Positions 17,860-26,478 of a stretch of DNA of 32,000 bases are shown here, one piece after another. Made by a program: the position numbers and the translations under genes. The stretch lies in NCBI RefSeq assembly GCF_009734345.1, contig NZ_CP032551.1, forward strand, positions 330,001 through 362,000, in the 5' to 3' direction. The stretch is from Pseudidiomarina andamanensis. Its GTDB lineage: Bacteria; Pseudomonadota; Gammaproteobacteria; Enterobacterales; Alteromonadaceae. Each line of letters opens with the position of its first letter. Position 1 is the stretch's first letter. The notes beneath the pieces are model-generated. The model searched no databases. It was given only the letters and a program-made list of their open reading frames with translations, and was not told the origin of the DNA.

Positions 17860-19154
17860 GATTGATTCTCCAAGCGAATGCTGACGGCACGAGCATGTGC
17901 TCTCAAACCTTCTGTTTCAGCGAGTGTGATAATCGCTTTACTCAGTTGCGCTAACCCTTGCTTCGAAACGGTTTGGGTGGTGTAGCGGCGATAAAAATCA
18001 AGCAAGCCAAGGCTACTGTAGTTGCGCGCAAAGCCATATGTTGGCAACACGTGATTTGTTCCGGTGGCGTAATCACCACCAGACTCAGGGGTATAGTGGC
18101 CGATAAAAATGGAGCCCGCCAACGTGAGTTGTGGAAGATACTGTTCGGCATCATCCATCTGCACTGATAAGTGCTCTGGCGCGTAGCGTTGGCTGATCTG
18201 GCAAGCTTGTTCAAGCGATTCAGTTTGAATCAACGCACTTTGTTCTAGCGCCTTACGAGCTGTTGCAGATCGCGGTAGTACTTCAAGTTGCTGCTCGATA
18301 GCCGATTGCGTGGCTTCAATGAGAGACGTGCTTGGGCTCACCAAGATAACCTGTGAATCAGCGCCGTGTTCGGCTTGCGATAATAAATCGGCTGCAACAA
18401 AAGCAGGATTGGCCGTGTCATCAGCAATGACAAGTAACTCAGAAGGGCCCGCAGGCATATCAATGGCAGGACCGCCGCTGCGCTGCGCAACTTGTTGTTT
18501 TGCTGCAGTTACAAAGCTGTTTCCTGGGCCAAATATTTTGGCTACCGGCGCAATACTTTCGGTACCCACTGCGAGTGCTGCAATCGCTTGTGCTCCGCCA
18601 CATCGATACACTTCGGTAATGCCACATTTTTGCGCCACATACATTAGGGCTGGGCTAAGCTCACCATTCTTATCTGGCGGACTGACAAGCACACGACGTG
18701 GATTATTCGCGATTTGTGCCGGCACACCTAACATCAGCGCGGTCGATGGCAATACGGCAGTACCGCCCGGGATATAAAGACCTACTGCGTTCAATGCGTC
18801 AAAGCGTTGCGTACAAACAACGCCCGGCGCGGTTTCAACACGAATGTCTTGCGGTTGTTGCTGTAAGTGAAACGCACGAATAGTCGCATAGGCCGTATCA
18901 ATCGCTTGTTGCACATCGGTTGAGAGTTTATTCGCTTGCGCTGCGATGTCAGCCTCACTGTAGCGCAATTCGTTTAATGTTTCGCAATCAAACTGACGGG
19001 TGTAGCGCAAGACGGCAACATCGCCTTCATTGGCAACGGCATCAATGATTGCCGCAACTTGTTGCTGCAATTCAGCCGATTGGCTTTGCGCTGGTCGCGC
19101 AAGCACATCAGCTTGTTGTTGGTCGGATAATTGTGACCATTGAAATACGCGCAT
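17856..19154 (-). CDS. hisD: Histidinol dehydrogenase
   Basis: YIPGGTAVLPST, SQAEHG and GDYATGTNHVLPT. Confidence 0.97.
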   Translation of the reverse strand: MRVFQWSQLSDQQQADVLARPAQSQSAELQQQVAAIIDAVANEGDVAVLRYTRQFDCETLNELRYSEADIAAQANKLSTDVQQAIDTAYATIRAFHLQQQPQDIRVETAPGVVCTQRFDALNAVGLYIPGGTAVLPSTALMLGVPAQIANNPRRVLVSPPDKNGELSPALMYVAQKCGITEVYRCGGAQAIAALAVGTESIAPVAKIFGPGNSFVTAAKQQVAQRSGGPAIDMPAGPSELLVIADDTANPAFVAADLLSQAEHGADSQVILVSPSTSLIEATQSAIEQQLEVLPRSATARKALEQSALIQTESLEQACQISQRYAPEHLSVQMDDAEQYLPQLTLAGSIFIGHYTPESGGDYATGTNHVLPTYGFARNYSSLGLLDFYRRYTTQTVSKQGLAQLSKAIITLAETEGLRAHARAVSIRLENQS

Positions 19155-19157
19155 GGC

Positions 19158-20066
19158 TTACCCCATCATCTTCTCAATCGGCAGCACTAAAATAGAGCTG
19201 CAACCAATTTCCTTTAATTCTTCCATGGTTTCCCAGAACAATTTTTCAGTGCTGACGACGTGCACTGCCACAAGCTCATCGGTGTGGCTTAACGGCAGTA
19301 TGGTAGGGCGCTCGGCACCAGGTAATAACTCAACCACTTGCTCAAGTGCTTTCACAGGGGCGTGTAGCATGATGTATTTGCTTTCGCGCGCCATTTGCAC
19401 ACCGTCAATGCGTGGCAGTAATTGATCGACAATAGCCTGCTTTGCCGCTGATAATGGTTCAGGGCGTTGAATCAATTGCGCTTGCGAGCGGAAAATTACT
19501 TCTTTTTCGACCAAACCGTTGGCCTCTAACGTTGCGCCGGTTGAGACTAAATCACATACCGCATCAGCCAGCCCCGCACGTGGTGCCACTTCAACACTAC
19601 CGGTAAGAATCGCGTTGTTAGCTGATACGCCACGGTCCTGTAAATAGTTCTGCAGCAAGTACGGGTAAGTTGTTGCAATGCGCTTGCCATCAAGATCTTG
19701 AATACCGTTGTAGGCTTCTTCCTTTGGTACCGCAATGGATAAACGGCACTGGCCAAAATCAAGCGCACGTAAACGCTGCACGTCGCAGGCAAGTTGGGTA
19801 GCTTTGCGCTCAAGTCGTACTTCTTCCAACACGTTTTCGCCAACCAAGCCAAGATCAACCACACCATCCATCACTAAACCTGGAATGTCGTCATCGCGCA
19901 CCCGCAACAAATCAACTGGCTGGTTACTGCTGTGCGCTAATAAGCGTGCTTCGTGCAAACTGAATTTGAAGCCACAAGCTTGCAAAAGAGCAATGGATTC
20001 TTTACTTAAACGTCCTGATTTTTGAATCGCAATGGTTAAACGCTGTGAATTCTTATCGACGACCAT
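19158..20066 (-). CDS. hisG: ATP phosphoribosyltransferase, long form
   Basis: [27 protein letters not shown], and [13 protein letters not shown]. At 302 aa it includes the C-terminal regulatory domain. AGGAG lies 6 nt upstream of the ATG. Confidence 0.97.
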   Translation of the reverse strand: MVVDKNSQRLTIAIQKSGRLSKESIALLQACGFKFSLHEARLLAHSSNQPVDLLRVRDDDIPGLVMDGVVDLGLVGENVLEEVRLERKATQLACDVQRLRALDFGQCRLSIAVPKEEAYNGIQDLDGKRIATTYPYLLQNYLQDRGVSANNAILTGSVEVAPRAGLADAVCDLVSTGATLEANGLVEKEVIFRSQAQLIQRPEPLSAAKQAIVDQLLPRIDGVQMARESKYIMLHAPVKALEQVVELLPGAERPTILPLSHTDELVAVHVVSTEKLFWETMEELKEIGCSSILVLPIEKMMG

Positions 20067-20080
20067 GTAAAACTCCTAAT

Positions 20081-20110
20081 AAAAAACCCCGCAAAGGGCG
20101 CCTTGCGGGG
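20081..20110 (-). terminator. his attenuator terminator
   Basis: The minus strand reads CCCCGCAA-GGCGCCCT-TTGCGGGG followed by TTTTTTATT. It lies between the leader peptide and the hisG RBS. An upstream GAAGGC...GCCTTC hairpin (20128-20160) offers alternative pairing. Confidence 0.8.
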
Positions 20111-20174
20111 TTCGTTATGAATTCAGTGAAGGCAGCCCCAAAATATTTGAGTTAGCCTTCAGAGAATGTCTGGG

Positions 20175-20216
20175 CTAACACAGATGTAGATGATGGTGAT
20201 GCTGCTTTAAAATCAT
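20175..20216 (-). CDS. hisL: his operon leader peptide MILKQHHHHLHLC (13 aa)
   Basis: The minus strand reads ATG ATT TTA AAG CAG CAT CAC CAT CAT CTA CAT CTG TGT TAG. Five of six consecutive codons are His. It sits directly upstream of the attenuator and hisG. Confidence 0.8.
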   Translation of the reverse strand: MILKQHHHHLHLC

Positions 20217-20220
20217 AAAA

Positions 20221-20258
20221 TCGTTGTTCGTTATTCGTTGTTCGTTATTGGTTATTCG
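20221..20258. repeat. Heptamer array, left arm: 5.4 units of TTRTTCG (CGAAYAA on the minus strand)
   Basis: tcg ttgttcg ttattcg ttgttcg ttattgg ttattcg. Positions 20228-20253 are the perfect reverse complement of 20413-20438. Confidence 0.95.
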
Positions 20259-20295
20259 AAGGGCTTGTTTAGCTCTTCGATTAAAGTACGGGTTA

Positions 20296-20323
20296 ATTGT
20301 ATAGGTATTTTTGCCGCTATCAA
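20296..20323 (-). promoter_or_regulatory. Candidate sigma-70 promoter of the his operon
   Basis: The minus strand reads TTGATA (20323-20318), a 16-nt spacer, then TACAAT (20301-20296), with an AT-rich tract upstream. The predicted TSS near 20289 would place the left heptamer array in the leader 5' UTR. Confidence 0.4.
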
Positions 20324-20393
20324 CCAATAAAAACAAAGAAAATGTAATTTCCTGTATCAAGTTGTATATTTAATTTTAGCCTTTCTCTTTTCT

Positions 20394-20444
20394 CGAATAA
20401 CGAATAACGAGCAACCAATAACGAACAACGAATAACGAGTAACG
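20394..20444. repeat. Heptamer array, right arm: 7.3 units of CGAATAA-type repeats
   Basis: cgaataa cgaataa cgagcaa ccaataa cgaacaa cgaataa cgagtaa cg. It is inverted relative to the left arm, with a 26-nt perfect match. Confidence 0.95.
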
Positions 20445-20495
20445 CTTTCGTGTTTTATGTTACATTTGTCGCATCACTAATTTCGAACCCATTTC

Positions 20496-22421
20496 ATGTC
20501 TAAAGTTACCTCACAATTTCAAGCTGATGGTGTGCTGGCGCGCACTCTACAAGGCTTTCGGCCTCGTGCGGCGCAAAGCGAGATGGCGGCTGCGGTCGAA
20601 CGTGCCTTGGTAAAAAAATCACAACTCGTAGTAGAAGCGGAAACTGGTACCGGCAAAACCTTTGCTTATTTAGTGCCGGTGTTACTGGATGATGGTAAAG
20701 CGATTATTTCGACCGGCACCAAAGCCTTGCAAGAACAGTTGTATCACCGCGATTTACCCGCGTTACGTGATGCGTTAGCGCCAAAGAAGATGGTGGCGCT
20801 ACTGAAAGGCCGCGCGAACTATTTGTGTCTGCACCGCATGAATCAGGCCGTGGCGCACAGCGGTGAAATGAGCAAAGAGCTACAAGGTCAGTTAGTTGAA
20901 GTGAGAAAATGGGCGCAGCGAACGGATGATGGTGATGTCGGTACCATCAACATTTTGCAAGAAGACGCAGCCATTCTGCCCACGGTAACCAGCACGGTAG
21001 ACAATTGTTTGGGGCGTGATTGTCCCGATTATGACGATTGCTATCTGGTGAAAGCCCGTAAACGCGCCATGGATGCTGATTTAGTTGTGGTGAATCATCA
21101 TTTGTTTTTTGCGGATATGGCGCTTAAAGATGTTGGTTTTGGCGAGCTGGTACCGCAGGCCGATGCCGTTATTTTTGACGAAGCCCATCAGCTACCTGAT
21201 ATTGCCAGCCAATATTTTGGTGAAGCGGTTTCCAGTCGTCAGTTACAAGAATTAGCCCACGAGCTCAAAGTACTGTATTTAACCGAGCTCAAAGACTTGC
21301 GCCAACTCGATAAAGCCGCCGATAAGCTACTTGGTAGCTTAAATGATTGGCGCTTGGTGTTTCCGAAAGATCCGATGCGGGGCAATTGGCGTCAGTTTTC
21401 GCAGCAGCCGGCGGTGCGACTTGCTGCCGATGTGGTGGCAGAGCATCTCACATTCTTGCGTGAGGTATGCAAGAGTGCGCTCGGGCGCAATCAAGATCTT
21501 GATAACGCTTATGAGCGTTGTGTGCAGTTCTTACATAAATGGGAACAGCTGCAGGATGTGAGCCGCACAGGTTATAGCTTCTGGTTTGAAACCACCGCTC
21601 GACAGGTCACCTTGCATCAAACGCCATTAAGTGTCGCTGAGAAGTTTGGTGGCTATCTTGAGCGTAGTGAGATGGCGTGGGTATTCACCTCAGCAACATT
21701 AGCGGTAGGTGAAGATTTTCGTCATTTTACTGAGCAGCTTGGTATTAATCACGCGAAAACCTTGTGTTTAGCGAGCCCATTTAATTTTGCTGAACAGGCT
21801 TTACTGTGTCTGCCGCGTTACTTGCCGCAACCGCATGAGCGGGGGATGCCGGCAACCCTGCTTGAGATTGTTGAGCAAGTGATTGAACACAATCAAAGTG
21901 GCGGTACATTCGTGTTATTTACCAGCCATCGTATGCTGCAAATGATTGCCAAGCAATTAGAGCATAAAACCGACCGGCCTCTTTTTGTGCAGGGCAGTAC
22001 TAGTAAACGTGAGTTGTTACAGCAGTTTATCGCGGCAGGTAATGGCGTATTGCTTGGTACCGCCTCTTTTTGGGAAGGGGTAGATGTGCGTGGCGATGCT
22101 CTGCGTTGCGTGATCATTGATAAACTGCCATTTGCGAGCCCCGACGATCCGTTACTGCAGGCGCGCGTGGAAGACTGTCGTCTGCGTGGAGTTGACCCGT
22201 TTGCTCAGGTACAATTACCGCAAGCTATTATTGCGCTGAAGCAGGGCGCAGGGCGACTTATTCGCGATGCCGATGATCGAGGTGTATTGATTGTGTGTGA
22301 TCAGCGCCTCGTCACCAAGCCCTATGGCGGCGTATTTTTGCAAAGCTTACCAGCCATGCGTCGCACGCGTGACTTAACGGTAGCGCTTGAGTTTTTAGAT
22401 ACTTTGGAGAATTCAGAGTGA
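20496..22421 (+). CDS. yoaA: DinG-family ATP-dependent DNA helicase, YoaA type
   Basis: EAETGTGKTFAYL (Walker A), the Fe-S Cys cluster CLHRMN...CLGRDCPDYDDC, DEAHQL, and SFWEGVD. The 641-aa length matches YoaA rather than DinG. It is adjacent to tsaB, as in E. coli. Confidence 0.8.
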   Translation: MSKVTSQFQADGVLARTLQGFRPRAAQSEMAAAVERALVKKSQLVVEAETGTGKTFAYLVPVLLDDGKAIISTGTKALQEQLYHRDLPALRDALAPKKMVALLKGRANYLCLHRMNQAVAHSGEMSKELQGQLVEVRKWAQRTDDGDVGTINILQEDAAILPTVTSTVDNCLGRDCPDYDDCYLVKARKRAMDADLVVVNHHLFFADMALKDVGFGELVPQADAVIFDEAHQLPDIASQYFGEAVSSRQLQELAHELKVLYLTELKDLRQLDKAADKLLGSLNDWRLVFPKDPMRGNWRQFSQQPAVRLAADVVAEHLTFLREVCKSALGRNQDLDNAYERCVQFLHKWEQLQDVSRTGYSFWFETTARQVTLHQTPLSVAEKFGGYLERSEMAWVFTSATLAVGEDFRHFTEQLGINHAKTLCLASPFNFAEQALLCLPRYLPQPHERGMPATLLEIVEQVIEHNQSGGTFVLFTSHRMLQMIAKQLEHKTDRPLFVQGSTSKRELLQQFIAAGNGVLLGTASFWEGVDVRGDALRCVIIDKLPFASPDDPLLQARVEDCRLRGVDPFAQVQLPQAIIALKQGAGRLIRDADDRGVLIVCDQRLVTKPYGGVFLQSLPAMRRTRDLTVALEFLDTLENSE

Positions 22422-23122
22422 ATTTGAATGCAGTTTTAGCACTCGATACTTCCACTGAGCAATGTTCGGTGGCACTGAAAGTCGGAGATACCCTAGTCAC
22501 TCGTGCCGCAGTGACACCACGTGAGCATTCACAGCGTATTTTGGGCTTCGTACAAGAAGTACTCGATGAGCAAAACATCACACTGGCCGACCTCGATGCG
22601 CTTGTTGTTGGTAACGGCCCAGGAAGTTTTACCGGCGTACGTATTGGCGTTTCTGTCGCACAAGGTTTGGCTTTTAGTCACACTTTGCCGGTAATTCCCG
22701 TCAGTACATTAACAGCACTTGCTCAGCAGGCGATTCGTCAACATGATGCAAAAGCGGTGATCAGCGCGATTGATGCCCGTATGCAGGAAATTTACGTTGC
22801 GCCGTTTCGCAACAATAACGGCATGGCAGAACAGTTATCGCCTGAACAAATGGCACCATTATCAGATATTACTGAATTAGCATGGTGGTCTGACGTTGCT
22901 GCGACTGATGCAGTGAAAGGCGCTGGAACTGGCTGGGAAGCCTATGGTGAGGCATTGAATCCGAACCAGCAGGTGACTGTGCTAGAAGCTGTGACATTGC
23001 CTTTAGCTGAAGACATGTTGCGTTGGGCACTCGTTAACGGCAAGGCCGTTGAAGCTGCCGATCTTGAGCCGCTGTATGTACGTAATGAAGTTGCTTGGAA
23101 AAAGTTACCGGGGCGTGAATAA
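22418..23122 (+). CDS. tsaB: tRNA t6A37 biosynthesis protein TsaB (YeaZ)
   Basis: VLALDTSTEQCSVAL and GNGPGSFTGVRIGVSVAQGLAF. The GTG start overlaps the yoaA stop (GTGA). Confidence 0.9.
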   Translation: MNLNAVLALDTSTEQCSVALKVGDTLVTRAAVTPREHSQRILGFVQEVLDEQNITLADLDALVVGNGPGSFTGVRIGVSVAQGLAFSHTLPVIPVSTLTALAQQAIRQHDAKAVISAIDARMQEIYVAPFRNNNGMAEQLSPEQMAPLSDITELAWWSDVAATDAVKGAGTGWEAYGEALNPNQQVTVLEAVTLPLAEDMLRWALVNGKAVEAADLEPLYVRNEVAWKKLPGRE

Positions 23123-23208
23123 AACACCAAAATACCGGAACTTACTGAGCAAAAGCTTAATCTAAGTGCTATAACTAGTACGAATCAAATTTCAGTGAGG
23201 TACCGATT

Positions 23209-23781
23209 ATGAAACGCATCGCCGCTATTTTTTCAGCATTGCTGCTCAGTGCTTGTTCGTCGTTTCCTGACGCATTACAAGTTGCTGATGATGAGCAATT
23301 GGTTTCGTATAGCGCTGCGCTAGAACAGCCAGAAGTTGCTGTTGGCAAAACCGCACGCTGGGGTGGCGTCGTCGCTGACGTGCGTAACTCAGATTCGGGA
23401 ACGGTGATTGAGGTGGTCAACTTCGACCTACAGCGTTGGGGTCGACCATTAACAAGTGACCAGAGCCAAGGCCGTTTTCGCGCCAAGATAACTGGCTTCG
23501 TTGATCCAATGGTATGGAAACAAGGTAGTTCGGTGACCTTTGTCGGCACCGTAGCTGAGCCAGAAACTGGCGCGATTGATGAGTACACCTACTTATTTCC
23601 AGTACTCAACGTTTCAAGCAAATACCTATGGCCGGTACGAAAAGAGCCTGCTCGCTTGGAAGTGAATTATGATGCGCTGTGGTATCGTCACTATTGGTAT
23701 TCGCAACCGACGTATCCACGCCGCATTTATTATCCAGGTCCAGTGATGGATAAAAACCCTCAGCCGACGAAAGATAATTAA
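23209..23781 (+). CDS. Slp-family outer membrane lipoprotein (YeaY-like)
   Basis: Lipobox LLLSAC|SS, and GKTARWGGVV...GTVIEVV...GRFRAKITGFVDP matches Slp/YeaY. It occupies the same position as E. coli yeaY, between tsaB and fadD. Confidence 0.8.
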   Translation: MKRIAAIFSALLLSACSSFPDALQVADDEQLVSYSAALEQPEVAVGKTARWGGVVADVRNSDSGTVIEVVNFDLQRWGRPLTSDQSQGRFRAKITGFVDPMVWKQGSSVTFVGTVAEPETGAIDEYTYLFPVLNVSSKYLWPVRKEPARLEVNYDALWYRHYWYSQPTYPRRIYYPGPVMDKNPQPTKDN

Positions 23782-23804
23782 TTAAACGGAAGTAGTAAAA
23801 TTCA

Positions 23805-24716
23805 ATGATTGAAGAAACATTGGTATATAAACAGGCTCGGCAGTTTGCTGAGCCTGTTTCTTTTGAGTTGCCGTGGGGCAATGTTCGCGGGCTCAGCTGG
23901 GGTAACCGGAAAGGCGAACCGCTACTTGCACTGCATGGCTGGCTTGATAATGCGCATAGTTTTCTACCGATAGCTGAGGCATTTTTACAAAGCCCACTTG
24001 CTGAAAAGTATCACCTCATTGCACTCGATTGGGCAGGGCACGGTCATAGTGATCATCGTCCGGCAGGCAATTACTACCCATTTATGGATTATGTTTATGA
24101 CCTTTGGCACATTTGTGAGCAGCAACAGTGGCAAAAAGTAAGCATTGTCGCCCATTCAATGGGGGCTTATGTCGCCAATATGTTTGCGGGTATTGCGCCA
24201 GAGAAAGTATCTTTGCTCTTGGCGATTGAAGCCTTTGGACTGCTCGCTTCGAAAGCAAGCGATACCACCACCGACTTACGCCAAGGGTTTGAAAGCCGTT
24301 GGCAGCAGCAATTCAAGCACCGCCCACACTATCGCGATTTACAAACCGCAGTAATGGCACGCAAACATGCCGGTGATTTTAGCCGAGAACTTGCGGCGCT
24401 CTTGGTCGAGCGCGGTATCGAGAAGCTTGGTGACAATGACTTCCGGTTTCGCGCCGATGGCCAACTACGTCTAAAATCTCCTGTACGGCTAACCGCCGAA
24501 CAAATTGCTGACGTGCTGAAACATATTCAATGTCCGTTTCAAGTGATTCTTGGAAGCACCGGTCATCAACGTTTGAAACAAGCGCTTGAGCAGTGGCAAG
24601 CGTTTGTGCCACATCTTGAAGTGGCAGAAGTTGAAGGTGGGCATCACGTGCATATGGAGCAACCAGCTGCGATTATCGGTGCATTATCACAGATGGTTCG
24701 TGCACACAACGGCTAG
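23805..24716 (+). CDS. Alpha/beta-fold hydrolase
   Basis: LLALHGWLDNAHSF, nucleophile elbow VAHSMGAY, and a C-terminal GGHHVHMEQP. Confidence 0.75.
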   Translation: MIEETLVYKQARQFAEPVSFELPWGNVRGLSWGNRKGEPLLALHGWLDNAHSFLPIAEAFLQSPLAEKYHLIALDWAGHGHSDHRPAGNYYPFMDYVYDLWHICEQQQWQKVSIVAHSMGAYVANMFAGIAPEKVSLLLAIEAFGLLASKASDTTTDLRQGFESRWQQQFKHRPHYRDLQTAVMARKHAGDFSRELAALLVERGIEKLGDNDFRFRADGQLRLKSPVRLTAEQIADVLKHIQCPFQVILGSTGHQRLKQALEQWQAFVPHLEVAEVEGGHHVHMEQPAAIIGALSQMVRAHNG

Positions 24717-24718
24717 GC

Positions 24719-24735
24719 AACACTGGTCGGATATG
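24719..24735 (+). promoter_or_regulatory. Candidate FadR operator upstream of fadD
   Basis: AACACTGGTCGGATATG compared with known FadR sites (for example fabA AACTGATCGGACTTGTT and the consensus CTGGTCCGAC). It shares the core TGGTCGGA with the site at 30609-30625. Confidence 0.5.
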
Positions 24736-24786
24736 CGATGATTGCGCGTTATTAACATATAAAAATGACATAAATTGTTCAGGAGC

Positions 24787-26475
24787 ATGAAGCGCGTGGA
24801 TAAAATTTGGCTTAAACGTTATCCAGCTGGCGTACCGGAGACTATTGATCCGGACCATTTTAATTCGCTGGTCGACATTTTCGAGCAAAGTATCCAAAAC
24901 TACGGTGACAAAGTTGCCTATGTAAATATGGATACCGAACTAACTTTCAACGAACTTGACGTACTTTCGCGTCATTTCGCTGCATATTTGCAACAACAAG
25001 GCCTTAAGAAAGGCGATGCATTGGCAATTATGATGCCAAACTTGTTGCAGTATCCCATTGCGCTATTTGGTGCCTTACGTGCGGGTCTCGTGGTCGTTAA
25101 CGTGAATCCGCTGTATACCCCCCGTGAATTAAAGCATCAGCTGTCAGATGCCAACGCGAAAGCGATTGTGATTCTGGATAACTTTGCCAACACCCTTGAA
25201 AAAGTTGAAGCGGACGTTCCGGTTGAGAAAGTTATCTTAACCGCTATTGGCGATATGCTCCCGGCACCCAAACGTTGGCTTGTGAATGCGGTCGTTAAAT
25301 ATGTGAAGAAAATGGTTCCGAGTTATACGCTCAAAAACACCGTTAACTTCCGCACTGCGCTGAATCAAGGTGAGAAGGCGAAATATGAGCGCCCGCAGAT
25401 GTCTGGCAACGATCTCGCCTTTTTACAGTACACCGGTGGTACCACTGGTTTAGCCAAAGGCGCGATGCTGTCGCACCGCAATATGGTTGCGAACTTAGAG
25501 ATGGTTTCAGCCATTGTTGCGCCATTGGTGAACGACGGTGAAGAGACCATTGTGACAGCACTTCCGCTGTATCATATCTTCGCTTTAACGGCGAACTGCT
25601 TAACCTTCATGAAGCACGGTGGTCGTAATATCTTGATCACCAACCCGCGAGATATGAAAGGCTTCGTCAAGGAACTCCAGAAATATCCGTTCTCAATGAT
25701 TTCGGGCGTGAATACGTTGTTTAACGGGTTACTTCATGCCGAAGGCTTTAAAGACTTAGATTTTTCGCATCTGAAAATTGCCCTAGGCGGCGGTATGGCA
25801 GTGCAACGATCAGTTGCTGAGCATTGGGAACGCGTAACCAAATCGCGCTTGTTGGAAGGTTACGGCTTAACGGAATGTTCTCCGGTTGTGACGGTGAACC
25901 CAACCGATATCGAACATTACAACGGCACCATTGGTATTCCGCTGCCATCAACCGATGTGCGCATTGTTGACACTGAAACGGGTAAAGAAGTGGTGCAGGG
26001 CGAACCCGGTGAAATTCAGGTACGTGGCCCACAAGTCATGGTTGGTTATTTAAATCGTCCAGAAGAAACCGAAAAAGTCATGAAGGACGGCGACTGGTTC
26101 GCGACCGGCGACATTGGTGTAATGGACGAAAATGGCTTCTTCAAAATTGTCGATCGTAAGAAAGACATGATTTTGGTCTCAGGCTTTAATGTGTACCCGA
26201 ACGAAATTGAAGATGTGATTGCCGACCATCCAAAAGTTCTAGAAGTTGCGGCCATTGGCGTACCTCATGAAGCCTCTGGTGAGCAAGTTAAAATATTTGT
26301 GGTACGCAAAGACAACAGCTTAAGCGAAAAAGAGCTGATTACCTATGCGCGCGAAAATATGACCGGCTACAAAGTTCCGAAGTTGGTTGAATTCCGTGAT
26401 GAGTTACCGAAAAGTAACGTCGGTAAAATACTGCGTCGCGAACTTCGCGACGAAGAAGAGGCAAAGTCGAACTAA
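24787..26475 (+). CDS. fadD: Long-chain-fatty-acid--CoA ligase
   Basis: [15 protein letters not shown] aligns with E. coli FadD KKVWLNRYPADVPTEI. The AMP-binding motif is [14 protein letters not shown], and GWFATGD is present. The start is either ATG 24787 or GTG 24796. GTG 24796 aligns best and lies 10 nt after AGGAG. Confidence 0.92.
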   Translation: MKRVDKIWLKRYPAGVPETIDPDHFNSLVDIFEQSIQNYGDKVAYVNMDTELTFNELDVLSRHFAAYLQQQGLKKGDALAIMMPNLLQYPIALFGALRAGLVVVNVNPLYTPRELKHQLSDANAKAIVILDNFANTLEKVEADVPVEKVILTAIGDMLPAPKRWLVNAVVKYVKKMVPSYTLKNTVNFRTALNQGEKAKYERPQMSGNDLAFLQYTGGTTGLAKGAMLSHRNMVANLEMVSAIVAPLVNDGEETIVTALPLYHIFALTANCLTFMKHGGRNILITNPRDMKGFVKELQKYPFSMISGVNTLFNGLLHAEGFKDLDFSHLKIALGGGMAVQRSVAEHWERVTKSRLLEGYGLTECSPVVTVNPTDIEHYNGTIGIPLPSTDVRIVDTETGKEVVQGEPGEIQVRGPQVMVGYLNRPEETEKVMKDGDWFATGDIGVMDENGFFKIVDRKKDMILVSGFNVYPNEIEDVIADHPKVLEVAAIGVPHEASGEQVKIFVVRKDNSLSEKELITYARENMTGYKVPKLVEFRDELPKSNVGKILRRELRDEEEAKSN

Positions 26476-26478
26476 CAC

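Noticed and set aside
20351-20370. CTGTATCAAGTTGTATATT, considered as a LexA/SOS box for the DinG-family helicase gene
   Set aside because: The second half-site is GTAT rather than ACAG, so it does not fit CTGT-N8-ACAG. I also could not define a convincing sigma-70 -35/-10 pair for yoaA, so no yoaA promoter is called.
20457-20480. Mini-ORF ATG TTA CAT TTG TCG CAT CAC TAA (MLHLSHH) just upstream of yoaA, superficially like a second His leader
   Set aside because: It has only 3 non-consecutive His codons, no downstream terminator or antiterminator structure, and no RBS. It is most likely a chance ORF.
20478-20492. The minus strand reads GGGTTCGAAAT, which resembles a tRNA T-loop
   Set aside because: The flanking bases cannot form a T-stem or an acceptor stem, and no cloverleaf can be drawn.
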